A DNA stretch of 64,000 nt, taken from an uncultured bacterium (GTDB lineage Bacteria > Hydrogenedentota > Hydrogenedentia > Hydrogenedentales > JAEUWI01). This document shows positions 8,730 to 18,235 of the stretch, piece after piece. Positions within the stretch are counted from its first letter, which is position 1; each line of letters opens with the position of its first letter. The stretch lies in NCBI GenBank assembly GCA_963977445.1, contig CAXBPH010000004.1:1254-65253 (forward strand), written 5' to 3'. A program made the translations under genes and the position numbers. A model generated the notes under the pieces. That model was given only the letters and a program-made list of their open reading frames with translations, was not told the DNA's origin and searched no databases.

Positions 8730-9998
8730 CTATTCCACCGCCATCATATTTGACGAGACGATACAGCCACGGTCATCGGTGAGGTTGATGTAGTAGTGCG
8801 TGGTGCCTTCCGGCAGGGTTGACGATGCCGTCCCTGTAGCCGCATCGAGCATCGCGTCGACGGCTTCAAAAGGTACGACCAGATCGAGCCGCTTTGTGGA
8901 TTCTTTTTCGGCGTATTCAAAGGGGCCAACCATGGCGTAGAGGGTGGCGGCGGCCATGGGTTGCTGGCTTTCAAAATGGACCGTGACCTTTCGGTCTGCG
9001 TCGACTTCGGGTTGGTGGGTGATGCGTGCGAGTGGCGCGCCCGTGCCCTTGAGCAGGTGGTCCGCCGTCACGAAGATTTCGGGCACCATCTTCAGTTCCC
9101 AACCGGGGCCGTGGCCGTGGGGCATGCGGGGGTGAATGGAGAGGGTGGACTCCGGCCCGGCGCTGACGTGGGAGTGGGTTAACGTGTCAACGGAAAAGTG
9201 GGGGTCGTTGTCTCCATTTATCCAGACCATGGGCATGGGCGCGTTGGTGAAAAAGCGGGCCGGGTCCCAATATTTACGCTTCTCCAGGATCGCATCGTCC
9301 TTGGCACCCATGCGGTTGAAATAGCCTTTTGAATCGTAGAGATAACCGCAGCCATAGACGGGCGCGGCGAATACGAAGCGGTCGTCCAGCCCGCCGGTAA
9401 GGCTGCTGAGCACGCCGCCCCAACTGATGCCCGTCAGGCCGATGTGCTCGGCATCTACCGTGTCCAGCGAGCGAAGGAGGGAATTGGCCAGCATAATGTC
9501 GGCCACCGCGTGGTACATCCACTGTTCATTACGGGGCTTGTCCTGGTCGTCAAACATGCCGGTCCGTGCGGGGCCGCTGAAGGCATGACTTTCCCCGCCA
9601 CGCCAACCGTCGGGACCGGGCAGGCGGCCTTCGAGATCCATGGAAATGCTCGCGTAGCCCTGGTCATACCAGACCTGCACCCACTGGGGAAACGCCGTGC
9701 CACCGCCGCCGTGGGCGAGTACCATGCCAGGGAGCTTTTTGCCTGCCGGTGCTTCGGGAATGCCGAGGTAGGCGAAGACCCGCGTCGGTTTACCCATATA
9801 ATCGAGGCCATCATAATAAATCGCCTGGATGGGACCTTTGTCCAGCTCGGGAACGCGGTAGATCGTGGGCGTCTGGTAGACCGTGTCGCCGAATTGCTGG
9901 AGTAGCTCGGTGCGGGCGGCGGTGGAGTCCGCGTGGGCGTAGGTCGGGAGGCTAAGAAGAAGGACGGAGAGTGTTGCGACCAAGAGTTTTTTGTACAT
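8730..9998 (-). CDS. secreted alpha/beta-hydrolase, acetyl-xylan-esterase / dienelactone-hydrolase-like
   Basis: Signal peptide MYKKLLVATLSVLLLSLPTYAHA. GxSxG nucleophile elbow 'GISWGG' and downstream Asp/His. Confidence 0.8.
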   Translation of the reverse strand: MYKKLLVATLSVLLLSLPTYAHADSTAARTELLQQFGDTVYQTPTIYRVPELDKGPIQAIYYDGLDYMGKPTRVFAYLGIPEAPAGKKLPGMVLAHGGGGTAFPQWVQVWYDQGYASISMDLEGRLPGPDGWRGGESHAFSGPARTGMFDDQDKPRNEQWMYHAVADIMLANSLLRSLDTVDAEHIGLTGISWGGVLSSLTGGLDDRFVFAAPVYGCGYLYDSKGYFNRMGAKDDAILEKRKYWDPARFFTNAPMPMVWINGDNDPHFSVDTLTHSHVSAGPESTLSIHPRMPHGHGPGWELKMVPEIFVTADHLLKGTGAPLARITHQPEVDADRKVTVHFESQQPMAAATLYAMVGPFEYAEKESTKRLDLVVPFEAVDAMLDAATGTASSTLPEGTTHYYINLTDDRGCIVSSNMMAVE

Positions 9999-10274
9999 GA
10001 AGTATCGTGTCCTTTTACAAGGTAAACGGTTATTGCCAATGTGAACATTGAGGGGTGCCGTTTTTTCGGCCCATTCTGTCGTAATAGTGTATCGTCGGGG
10101 GTATCCGAAAGCATTGGCCCCATGAGTCAGCGATGGTCGTTGGCGGGGGGCGCTAGAGAAACCTCCGGCGACGGGAGATACGTCATCTTATCAGGCTTCG
10201 CGCTGCAGGAAATCGCTAATTGGTGCTGACTAGATGTTACCTGGTTGAAGTCCCTTCACCCACAAACTTCCCCC

Positions 10275-10451
10275 GCCTTGCTTCCGCCACGGCGGACGTT
10301 CCGCCTCCGTTTGAGGGTGGCACCCGTGGGGCATGAAGCTGATCTGGGGGTGGCGTTGATCAGTCGAAGTCTCTATACTACTAAAGTGTTTACTTTACAG
10401 CTCCCCCACGTTGCATCTGCCACAGGCGCACGTTCCGCCTCCCTTTGAGGG
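10275..10451. repeat. pair of ~37-nt imperfect direct repeats (about 10281-10317 and 10414-10451), each centred on the palindrome GGCGGAcgtTCCGCC
   Basis: cttccgccacggcggacgttccgcctccgtttgaggg versus catctgccacaggcgcacgttccgcctccctttgaggg. They lie in the intergenic region upstream of the esterase gene. Confidence 0.4.
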
Positions 10452-10613
10452 CCAACGGCGCGCCGCAGTTTGGTGACATAAATTACGTGTACGTGGCCAG
10501 CCAAGCGGGTGAATATTTCGTTTAAACGCTATGCGATATCGTTTTCGAATTCCATATCCCCTCAGAGCCTCTCTTTTTTGTGTTCTTTGCGTTCTCTGTG
10601 GTTAAAAATCCCC

Positions 10614-11993
10614 TTACGCCTTCCGGAGGTCACTGATATCGGTGGCAAAGCCTTCAATCGTGTTGTCCACCAGCTCCATGGCGCCCACCTCTTCGCCCAG
10701 TTTGATGCCAATCCGTTGTGCCGGACCCCGGCTCTCGGAAATTGTATTGCGAACGAGTGCGTTGTTGGCCGTCACGCCCTGCACGTCCACGGCGATGCCA
10801 CCATCACCGCCACTGTCGGCGATACGGTTGTTCTCGATGCGGTTGCCCTTGGCCGTGAAGCCTTCGCCCCGTTCGGGACGAAAGACCAGGCCATTAATAT
10901 GGCTGCCCTGTATATCATTGTCGATGACGAGGTTTTCATCATCGTGGTGGCCAATCGAGACGCCGTAGTTGTTTTCGGTGAGGCGATTGCCTTCGGCCAG
11001 GCCATATTTCACGCCCCAGCAGAAAAAGATGCCGATGTTCGAGCCCGAGACCGTGTTGTTGACCATGCGCGGCCGTTGGGAGCCCGATCCCGGATGGAGT
11101 CCCAGGTCGGCGTTGTTGTGAATCTCGCAGTCTTCCACGGAGACATCGTGGCAAATCTGGAAGCTGATGGCGTCGCCGTTGTAATTCCGCACATCGAGAT
11201 TCTTCAGCGCGATGTCACTGCAATCCTGAAACCACAAGGCCCCGGCATAGTTGCCGTTGATGTTTGCGTTGTTGTCCCGGTTGCCATCCAGGGCGATATT
11301 TTCCACCGCGAAACCCGACGTTTCTTCCGCCGTAATCATGGCAAAGCGGGAGGAGACGGTGGGGGTCATCATGGTCCAGAAATTTTTGCGCAGTGCCCGG
11401 TCGAGCTTGAAGCGATTACCGCTACGGGCCACCAGGGTGCGAGACAATACGTCGGTTCCATTGGTGCTGGGGTTTTTCGTTTCCAGAATGACGCCATCGC
11501 CCACCTGAAATCCATCGGCGTTCTCCAGGGTCACTTCCTGGTCAAACCAATCGGAATCCGCCGCCAGCACGGTCTCCTGAGAGGGCTCTTTGAACAGTAT
11601 CGAGTCTGTGCCACTGCCCAACAGGCGCACGCCCTTGCGGAGGAAAATAGAATTGCGCAGGCGGTAGGTGCCGGGCTGGACGTGAACGGTGCCGCCACCG
11701 AGACGAACCACATAGTCCACCGCCGCCTGTATGGCCTTGTCATTGTTGCCCACGATATCGGCCTTGTCGGGGCCGACGGTCAATGTGAGGGACTGGTCCC
11801 AATCGGGTTCATGGCGGGAGTCGCCCGACGTGGCCCGGGGGCTCTTCACCTCGGGCATGGGCGCGGCATGGGTGCGGGACGCTGCGAGCAAGGTTGCGGT
11901 TGCGCCACCCGCGGCCAGGAGAAGTTGTCTGCGACTGCAGGCGAAAGAGGGTTTGGGATTCATGGGTAGCTCCAATACCGGTAAACGGACCAA
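10614..11993 (-). CDS. secreted right-handed parallel beta-helix repeat protein (pectate-lyase fold) with a Tat signal
   Basis: SRRQLLLAAGGATATLLAA Tat-type signal. Repetitive N/G/D-rich beta-helix rungs (NNTVSGSNIGIFF…, ENNRIADSGGDGGIAV). Confidence 0.8.
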   Translation of the reverse strand: MVRLPVLELPMNPKPSFACSRRQLLLAAGGATATLLAASRTHAAPMPEVKSPRATSGDSRHEPDWDQSLTLTVGPDKADIVGNNDKAIQAAVDYVVRLGGGTVHVQPGTYRLRNSIFLRKGVRLLGSGTDSILFKEPSQETVLAADSDWFDQEVTLENADGFQVGDGVILETKNPSTNGTDVLSRTLVARSGNRFKLDRALRKNFWTMMTPTVSSRFAMITAEETSGFAVENIALDGNRDNNANINGNYAGALWFQDCSDIALKNLDVRNYNGDAISFQICHDVSVEDCEIHNNADLGLHPGSGSQRPRMVNNTVSGSNIGIFFCWGVKYGLAEGNRLTENNYGVSIGHHDDENLVIDNDIQGSHINGLVFRPERGEGFTAKGNRIENNRIADSGGDGGIAVDVQGVTANNALVRNTISESRGPAQRIGIKLGEEVGAMELVDNTIEGFATDISDLRKA

Positions 11994-12030
11994 AGCGTCA
12001 TGGTAGGCGAGGTCTCGCTACGATATCAAC

Positions 12031-12078
12031 GACATCTCCGTGGGCATCTCCGTCGGCATCTCCGTCGGCATCTCCGTC
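12031..12078. repeat. tandem repeat, 4 x 12 bp (gcatctccgtcg). A (GT)5 tract lies nearby at about 12128.
   Basis: Read directly in the intergenic region between arfB and the beta-helix gene. Confidence 0.6.
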
Positions 12079-12329
12079 GTGCCACGCGATCCGACAACGT
12101 CGGTCGAAGACTCGACGGAGGTGAGTTCGTGTGTGTGTGGGCGTGAGGAATGGAATGTTGTGACGCCTTCGTCTGTGTTCGACCGTTGTATGGAAACCGG
12201 GCACTCGCGCTGGCCCGCACCCATAAAGCCGCTCGTGCCCGCCTACGGCGCGTCTTCGACCTCCCGTCTGTATAGGTGGCACCCGTAGATTCTCTTGTTA
12301 GAATGCACTTCGGGCAAGCGCCCAAGGTG

Positions 12330-12749
12330 TCAATCGTCGTGGACGTTGCCGCGGGTGCGTTTGAGGTCGCCCCGTTTTTTCTTGCCCTCGATACGGCGCT
12401 CTTTTGCCGCGCGGGAGGGGCGGGTCTTCACCCGAAACTTCGGGCGGGTGGCGGCACCGCGAATCATGGCTACCAGTCGGGCCACGGCCTCTTCGCGATT
12501 GGCCTTCTGGCTGCGGGAGTCGGTGGCGCTGATGATGATGATACCCTCGTCCGTGATGCGCTTGTCCTTACCCTCCAGCAAACGGCGCCGCACGCTGTCG
12601 GGCAGGGACGGCGAATTTGCCGCGTCAAAGCGCAGTTGGACGCCGGTGGACGACGTGTTAACGTGTTGGCCACCGGGGCCGGAGCAGCGGATGAACTGCT
12701 CCGTTAGTTCCTCTTCACCGAGGCTGATCTGTTCTGTTACGTTTATCAT
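12330..12749 (-). CDS. arfB: alternative ribosome-rescue factor / peptidyl-tRNA hydrolase ArfB (YaeJ)
   Basis: 139 aa with the GGQ motif (SGPGGQHVNT) and a basic C-terminal tail (KKKRGDLKRTRG). Confidence 0.9.
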   Translation of the reverse strand: MINVTEQISLGEEELTEQFIRCSGPGGQHVNTSSTGVQLRFDAANSPSLPDSVRRRLLEGKDKRITDEGIIIISATDSRSQKANREEAVARLVAMIRGAATRPKFRVKTRPSRAAKERRIEGKKKRGDLKRTRGNVHDD

Positions 12750-12987
12750 TAGGTTCTATTCCAATGTCTTGTATCTATCGATGCTACCGTGCAGCAGGGG
12801 CATCCGTCCAGTTTTTCCGGATAAAACAGGCCGAGACAGGGATAGGTCCCGCCGGATCTTGAACATTCTTGTCACGGCGGCGCGTGTGTCGAGACGAGGG
12901 TATTGGTATGTGCTGAAGCCCGGACAGTTGAATCGGTCCCGGTGCAGGGGCCATGCTACGGCCTGCTAACACCCCAAGGAGTTTCCC

Positions 12988-15402
12988 GTGAAGTACTATC
13001 ATTGCTATGCATACCTGTTTGTCGCCGTTGTTTTCTTTTTTTCTCCTGTATTCGCCCAGACGGCCCATGAGAATATTGCCCTGGATCGTCCCTATACCTA
13101 CAGCGCGCCGCCAAGCTATGCCCTCTGCACCGACCCGGATGACCCCATCCAACTGACCGACGGCGTCGACACGGAGGGCTATTTCTGGACCCAACCGGGC
13201 ACGGTGGGTTGGGCCAATCAGTTGAACGTGACGGTCACCATAGATTTGGGCAGTGACGTTGCCATTCGGGGCGTGTCCCTCCGCACGGCCGCAGGCTCCG
13301 CGGGGGTTGCCTGGCCCAGTGGGATTCGCCTGTTCGTCGCGGGTGAAGATCAGCAGTTTCGCCTGGCCGGCGATCTCCTCGCCCTCAACGCGTCCCATGG
13401 TGAGCCCAGCCCCGAGCCTTATGCCGTTCATCGTTATTGGACCGATGCCATGGAGACCCACGGGCGCTACGTGGCCTTTGTGGTGACCAACCAGCCCTTT
13501 ACCTTCATTGATGAACTTGAGGTTTTCGCCGGGGATCCTGGCTGGCTGAGCGCACCCGTGCCAGGACGTCCCATCGAGGATATCGCCGAATACCTGAGCG
13601 AGAGTCAGACGTGGGACGGTATCGCCCGGCGTCTGCGGCTTGATGGCGCGGTGATTCGTGCCCGTGCCGAGGCAAAGGGTGTCTCCGAAGTACTGCGGGA
13701 TAGCATCCTGCAGGAGCTCGATGCGATTACCGTGGCCGCCCAGCCCGATTTTGATGCGGACTACAGCGATTTTCGCGCCATCCTCCCACTCAACCCATGG
13801 CACACCCGGCAGTTCGCCTGTCAGGCCCAGTTGTGGCGCGCGGCCGGACTGGCTGAAATCGTCCCATGGCAAAACGACCTGTGGGCCCCCCTCGACCACC
13901 TGGCGACACCTCCCAACGAGGGTACGCCGACGGTACAGGTGGCCATGATGGACAATGAGTATCGCGCCGCGTCGCTCAACCTGAGCAACACGACGGAGGA
14001 GACCCAGGAATTCCACGTTGATATCGAGGGCCTCCCCGGCGGCACCAATCCCGACTACATTACCATCCACGAGGTTATTTGGACGGATACGGCCTCGGGC
14101 GTTCCTGTTGCCAGTGCCCTGCCCGAAGCCAATCGCACCGACACAGGCTCCTGGGTGATTCAAGTACCCAGTGGCATGACGCGCCAACTCTGGTTTACCT
14201 TCTATCCTCAGGGCGTGGCACCCGGCACCTACCGTGGACATATCGCACTCCGGGGTGTCCAGTCCCAGGATGTGCCTTTGGAATTTATCTGCTATCCCCT
14301 GCGCTTTCCCGACAATCCCACCCTGAGTTTTGGTGGATGGGACTACACCGATGGGGAGCAAAACCGGGGAATTAATGCCAACAACCGGGATGCCGTCATC
14401 GCCGATCTTAAGGCCCACTATGTCGATAGCCCCTGGGCCACGGGTGGCGTCCTGCCCCAGGGCGTTCACGATGGGGAAGGTCACATGACGATGGCCCCCG
14501 ATACCGCCCGATTCGATGAATGGATCGGGCGCTGGCCCCAGGCCACCAACTACTGCATATTCCCGGCAGTAGGTGATCACTTCGGCGATTGGACCATGGA
14601 CACGCCGGCCTTCAAGACTGCGGTGGGGGAATGGGCACGTTTCTGGGCGACCCATGCCAAATCCAAAGGCATCGAGGCGCGCCGTCTGTGTGTGCTTCTC
14701 CTTGACGAGCCCCATGAACCCGCACAAGACCAGATTATCATTGCCTGGGCGACGGCCATCAACGAGGCGGGCGTGGACTTCACGATATGGGAAGATCCTA
14801 CCTACCAGGGCGTCAGCGACAGCCAGGCTGCCCTTGCCGAAGTATGCGATGTGCTCTGCCCCAACCGGCCCATCTTCCTGAAATCCAATGAGGCCTACCG
14901 CGACTTTTTTCGCGGGGAGCGAGATAAGGGTACGCGACTGGAGTTTTACTCCTGTTCCGGGCCCACGACACGCCTCGATCCCTACAGCTACTTTCGTCTC
15001 CAGGCCTGGTCCTGTTGGGTCGAAGGGGCGTCCGCCTCCTATTTCTGGGCCTTTGGCGACAATGCCGATGGTTCGTCGTGGAATGAATACGTTTTACCGC
15101 GCAACATCTACACCCTGACCTTTCTCGACGACACGTCAGTCACACCGGCCAAAATGCTGGAAGCGGCCCGGGAGGGGATAGAGGACTACGAATACTTTGT
15201 CATGCTCCAGCAGGCTATCGACGCCGCCCCACCGGGGGCAGCGCGAGATCAAGCCATTCGCGTACTCGCAGAAGTGCCGGGTGCCGTCCTCGCGGCGGGG
15301 GAATCGCCGAGTCTGATGTGGAATGAAGATTTGGACCGAAGCCTTGCCGACGCAGGTCGCATTCGGGTTCTGGATGCCCTGGTCGCCCTTTCCTCCTCTT
15401 GA
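12988..15402 (+). CDS. secreted protein with an N-terminal F5/8-type-C (discoidin/CBM32-like) domain and a large putative glycoside-hydrolase domain
   Basis: GTG start with a CAAGGAG RBS. Signal peptide MKYYHCYAYLFVAVVFFFSPVFAQ. The amino-acid composition is protein-like. Function is assigned at family level only. Confidence 0.7.
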   Translation: MKYYHCYAYLFVAVVFFFSPVFAQTAHENIALDRPYTYSAPPSYALCTDPDDPIQLTDGVDTEGYFWTQPGTVGWANQLNVTVTIDLGSDVAIRGVSLRTAAGSAGVAWPSGIRLFVAGEDQQFRLAGDLLALNASHGEPSPEPYAVHRYWTDAMETHGRYVAFVVTNQPFTFIDELEVFAGDPGWLSAPVPGRPIEDIAEYLSESQTWDGIARRLRLDGAVIRARAEAKGVSEVLRDSILQELDAITVAAQPDFDADYSDFRAILPLNPWHTRQFACQAQLWRAAGLAEIVPWQNDLWAPLDHLATPPNEGTPTVQVAMMDNEYRAASLNLSNTTEETQEFHVDIEGLPGGTNPDYITIHEVIWTDTASGVPVASALPEANRTDTGSWVIQVPSGMTRQLWFTFYPQGVAPGTYRGHIALRGVQSQDVPLEFICYPLRFPDNPTLSFGGWDYTDGEQNRGINANNRDAVIADLKAHYVDSPWATGGVLPQGVHDGEGHMTMAPDTARFDEWIGRWPQATNYCIFPAVGDHFGDWTMDTPAFKTAVGEWARFWATHAKSKGIEARRLCVLLLDEPHEPAQDQIIIAWATAINEAGVDFTIWEDPTYQGVSDSQAALAEVCDVLCPNRPIFLKSNEAYRDFFRGERDKGTRLEFYSCSGPTTRLDPYSYFRLQAWSCWVEGASASYFWAFGDNADGSSWNEYVLPRNIYTLTFLDDTSVTPAKMLEAAREGIEDYEYFVMLQQAIDAAPPGAARDQAIRVLAEVPGAVLAAGESPSLMWNEDLDRSLADAGRIRVLDALVALSSS

Positions 15403-15418
15403 GCAACACGACGCGCCC

Positions 15419-15841
15419 CTAACTGGAGCCCGCTTCCCGCATGGTAGCCTCCCGTAGAATATCAATAACCCCCTTGGGGGCCACCGCCATGATGGAAACA
15501 TCGAGTGGGGAGCGTCCATCATCATCTTCGACGAGGGCATGGGCACCCTGCTCCAGGAGGTAGGAGACCATGTCTGAGTCGCCCGATTCGGCGGCGTAGT
15601 GAAGCAACGTACGCCCGGAACTATCGACCGCTTTCGTGTACCGTGAATCCGATTCCACAGACGTCTTGATAAAGCCCAAGTCGCCCTTCCGCACGGCGTC
15701 TACGGCGATATCAAAGGGGTCACTGAGGCTCTGTTCCCCCGGGTCGATCTCGGGGGCGCGAAATTGTGAACAACCACAGAAGGTTGCGAGGACACACAGG
15801 GCAACTACAACTTGGGCCCGATAAAATGTCGAGTTGGACAT
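15419..15841 (-). CDS. ankyrin-repeat lipoprotein
   Basis: Internal ATG at 15841 preceded by AAGGAG. Lipobox LATFCGC. The ankyrin-repeat consensus 'GRTLLHYAAESGDSDMVSYLLEQGA' is present. Confidence 0.75.
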   Translation of the reverse strand: MSNSTFYRAQVVVALCVLATFCGCSQFRAPEIDPGEQSLSDPFDIAVDAVRKGDLGFIKTSVESDSRYTKAVDSSGRTLLHYAAESGDSDMVSYLLEQGAHALVEDDDGRSPLDVSIMAVAPKGVIDILREATMREAGSS

Positions 15842-15901
15842 AGAATTAAAACTCCTTTTAAGCCGCGAAACCAGCCCCCGCAACGGCGGAACGGACTGGC
15901 A

Positions 15902-15952
15902 ATAAAAATCGCGGGGTGCGGTCACGCCACCTTGGCATTCCGGCACCCCGCG
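15902..15952 (-). terminator. probable rho-independent terminator of the DUF1559 gene
   Basis: 10-bp inverted repeat cgcggggtgc / gcaccccgcg followed on the minus strand by AUUUUUAUU. Confidence 0.5.
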
Positions 15953-16006
15953 TTCATTTTCACATGCAATCGTCAGGTAACAGCGGTGTTACCGTCGTGA
16001 AAGCAA

Positions 16007-17143
16007 TCAGCCTGGCCAGCTCTGGCCCGGGAAGAGCGTGGAAGGCTTATAGGCGTATTCGTTGTTCACCCAGGTCGTGCTGGCACCCAGTTTGGCCCAT
16101 TCTACGTGGCCATCCATGAAAAGCACATTCTGTCCACCGGGAACGTGGTTGAAACGGCCCCAGGTGGCACCACCGCCGCCTTGGGATTCGTCATACATCG
16201 TTACGATGTTCGACTGGGCACTGGCTGACGCGGCCGCGTTGTTGATGTCGGTAATCAGGAAGCGCTCGATACCTTCACCCAGGCGGTTGAAACTCGCTCT
16301 GACGCCGGAGGGGAGGGTGACTGAGGTTGTGCTGTTACGCAGTTTCCACATCATGGGGGTTTGGTCAACGGCAGGCGCACCGGGCCATACGCCCGCAAGG
16401 TTGCCGGTGTTGAGCAGACGGCCAACGGCCTGGTAGTCGTCGACATTCTGGAACCAGTCGTCGTCCAGGGCGAATACCATGTATTTATAGGCCCGCATGT
16501 CGGTGAAGCCGGTCTTGACCAGGTCCGTGTGAGGATAGGGCGCGCAATACTGGGGGTTCACATCGCAGGCGTTGTAACAACGGGAGGAGTTGGAGCCGCA
16601 AACGGGAATTATTTCCGGTTCGCCGCCGGTCAGGCCAACCTTTCCGTAGCAGGGGTTGTCGGTTTCGTTGTTGGCAGTTGCCCAGGCGACGATGGAATCA
16701 TCGCACCCGCCCATCGTGTTCCGCGCCGAGCTCCAGTCCGTAGCAGAATAGACTCCGGTTCGCAGGGCCGACGGGCACTGGCCGATGAGCATGTCGGTCA
16801 GATATTCGGGGTACACCTCGGACCAACCGACGTAGACCGCCGTGCGTTTTGTGACGTTGTTGAAATTGTTTCCGCCATGGTCCAGGCTGCCATAAGGAAA
16901 TTTCTCGCCCTTACTTTCACCACTGAACATCTTCAGAATAATGCCCCACTGTTTGAGATTGTTCTGACAACTTGAGCGGCGTGCTGCTTCCCGCGCCCGG
17001 GCCAGCGCCGGCAGCAGAATCGCCGCGAGAATGCCAATGATGGCAATTACCACAAGTAACTCAATTAACGTAAAACCCTTCCGAGTATTTCTTTTAAATT
17101 CGATGTTCATAACGCTAGATCCCTTTTGGTATAAAAAGCTCAT
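16007..17143 (-). CDS. DUF1559 / 'H-X9-DG' protein with a prepilin-type N-terminal cleavage/methylation domain (type II-secretion pseudopilin-like). Typical of Planctomycetota.
   Basis: [44 protein letters not shown] near the N-terminus. The true start is probably the ATG at 17110 (MNIEFK…). Confidence 0.85.
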   Translation of the reverse strand: MSFLYQKGSSVMNIEFKRNTRKGFTLIELLVVIAIIGILAAILLPALARAREAARRSSCQNNLKQWGIILKMFSGESKGEKFPYGSLDHGGNNFNNVTKRTAVYVGWSEVYPEYLTDMLIGQCPSALRTGVYSATDWSSARNTMGGCDDSIVAWATANNETDNPCYGKVGLTGGEPEIIPVCGSNSSRCYNACDVNPQYCAPYPHTDLVKTGFTDMRAYKYMVFALDDDWFQNVDDYQAVGRLLNTGNLAGVWPGAPAVDQTPMMWKLRNSTTSVTLPSGVRASFNRLGEGIERFLITDINNAAASASAQSNIVTMYDESQGGGGATWGRFNHVPGGQNVLFMDGHVEWAKLGASTTWVNNEYAYKPSTLFPGQSWPG

Positions 17144-18235
17144 GAATGCGCAATGTATTTGGAAAAGGCTGAAATTGAGGTGAGGTTGTTACCGGTGTTT
17201 CTACAGCGTGTCTGTTCGAGATATAAAGATATAAAAATGACACGTCCCGCGAATGCGGCCGTACGGCCTGCCATGGGCAACGGTAACTCATGCCATAGGC
17301 ACTCTCCTTTCCCAATCCGGGCGGTGACAAAATGGTGGGCACTTGAATGTTCATCCAGGTTCCCCGAATAGGGAACCGGAGGGGCCCGCCGCACCGGTTC
17401 AGCCAAAAATTATTCCTCTACCCAACCCTACTTTGGCTGATGTGATATTCGCACATATCTATAAGCATGTCAATCGCTTTTTTTTGAAGGTTTTCGGCCT
17501 TGAAACTAAGTAGCTTTTCCTGCCGAAACGGCCCGATGTACAGGGAGAAAAAAGGCATCTGACGATCCGTAACCTCTTTAGGAGCTACCACTTAGTTTTA
17601 GGAGGGCAGATCACCATGTTCCTAGTGCAATCCCAGAGCATAGGGAGGCTGCCAGCGCTGCCGTGTCGTGACGTCGTGGCGGGAGCTTCCCGAAATGGGA
17701 ATGAGGCGCCGGAAAGCGTACCCCAGGTCGCCCAGGTTTATGGGATTGTCCGGATGACGGAAGTTGGACAATCGCATTAAATGCTCCCGCTGTAGACCGC
17801 GTCTCCCCGTTGCCGAACAGGATGGACGCCGGGGTGCCACCCGATCCGGTATTCCCGGTTCGGGTGTCTTGGGCCGCGACTGCCAGGTGGGTTCGCGGAA
17901 GACTTGGCGGTGGCCTTGTTCCAATGTAGAGATTGCGTTGAACTGCGCTACGGTGTCCTTCACGTCATTCTGACAAAGGTGTGGGTCAAGGCATACGAAG
18001 CCACTCTTGTCGGCGTGACCAATTCCGTGCGACTGCCCGGATGACGGAAGTCGGTGTGGTCAGCGGGCCGTCGGGGTGTGCTAAACTCCGGGCGGAACGA
18101 CAATTTGTCCATATTTTTTGAAGGCTGTGGGTGAATGCGTCAGGAATCCTGGAGACGTAAGATGGCCTGTTTTTGCCGTCCCAAGAGCTAACCGGGTCTG
18201 AGGCGAACTGTCAACACTACAAAGGACGATATCTG

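Noticed and set aside
10509-11969. 486-aa plus-strand ORF.
   Set aside because: Antisense to the well-supported Tat-secreted beta-helix gene 10614..11993. Its composition is typical of high-GC antisense frames.
12784-14727. 647-aa minus-strand ORF.
   Set aside because: Antisense to the signal-peptide-bearing 804-aa gene 12988..15402, and no domain is recognisable. The same reasoning rejects 18311..20374 (-), 23227..24219 (-), 24747..25376 (-), 25797..26657 (+), 27065..28006 (+), 28376..29131 (+), 38380..39624 (-), 40818..42749 (-), 49520..50512 (-), 51288..51992 (-), 55086..56162 (+), 58147..59163 (+) and 62236..63000 (+).
17622-17963. 113-aa minus-strand ORF inside the long intergenic region.
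   Set aside because: Arg/Pro-rich and improbable, with no RBS and no domains. I treat the region as non-coding (see the finding on 17144-18235).
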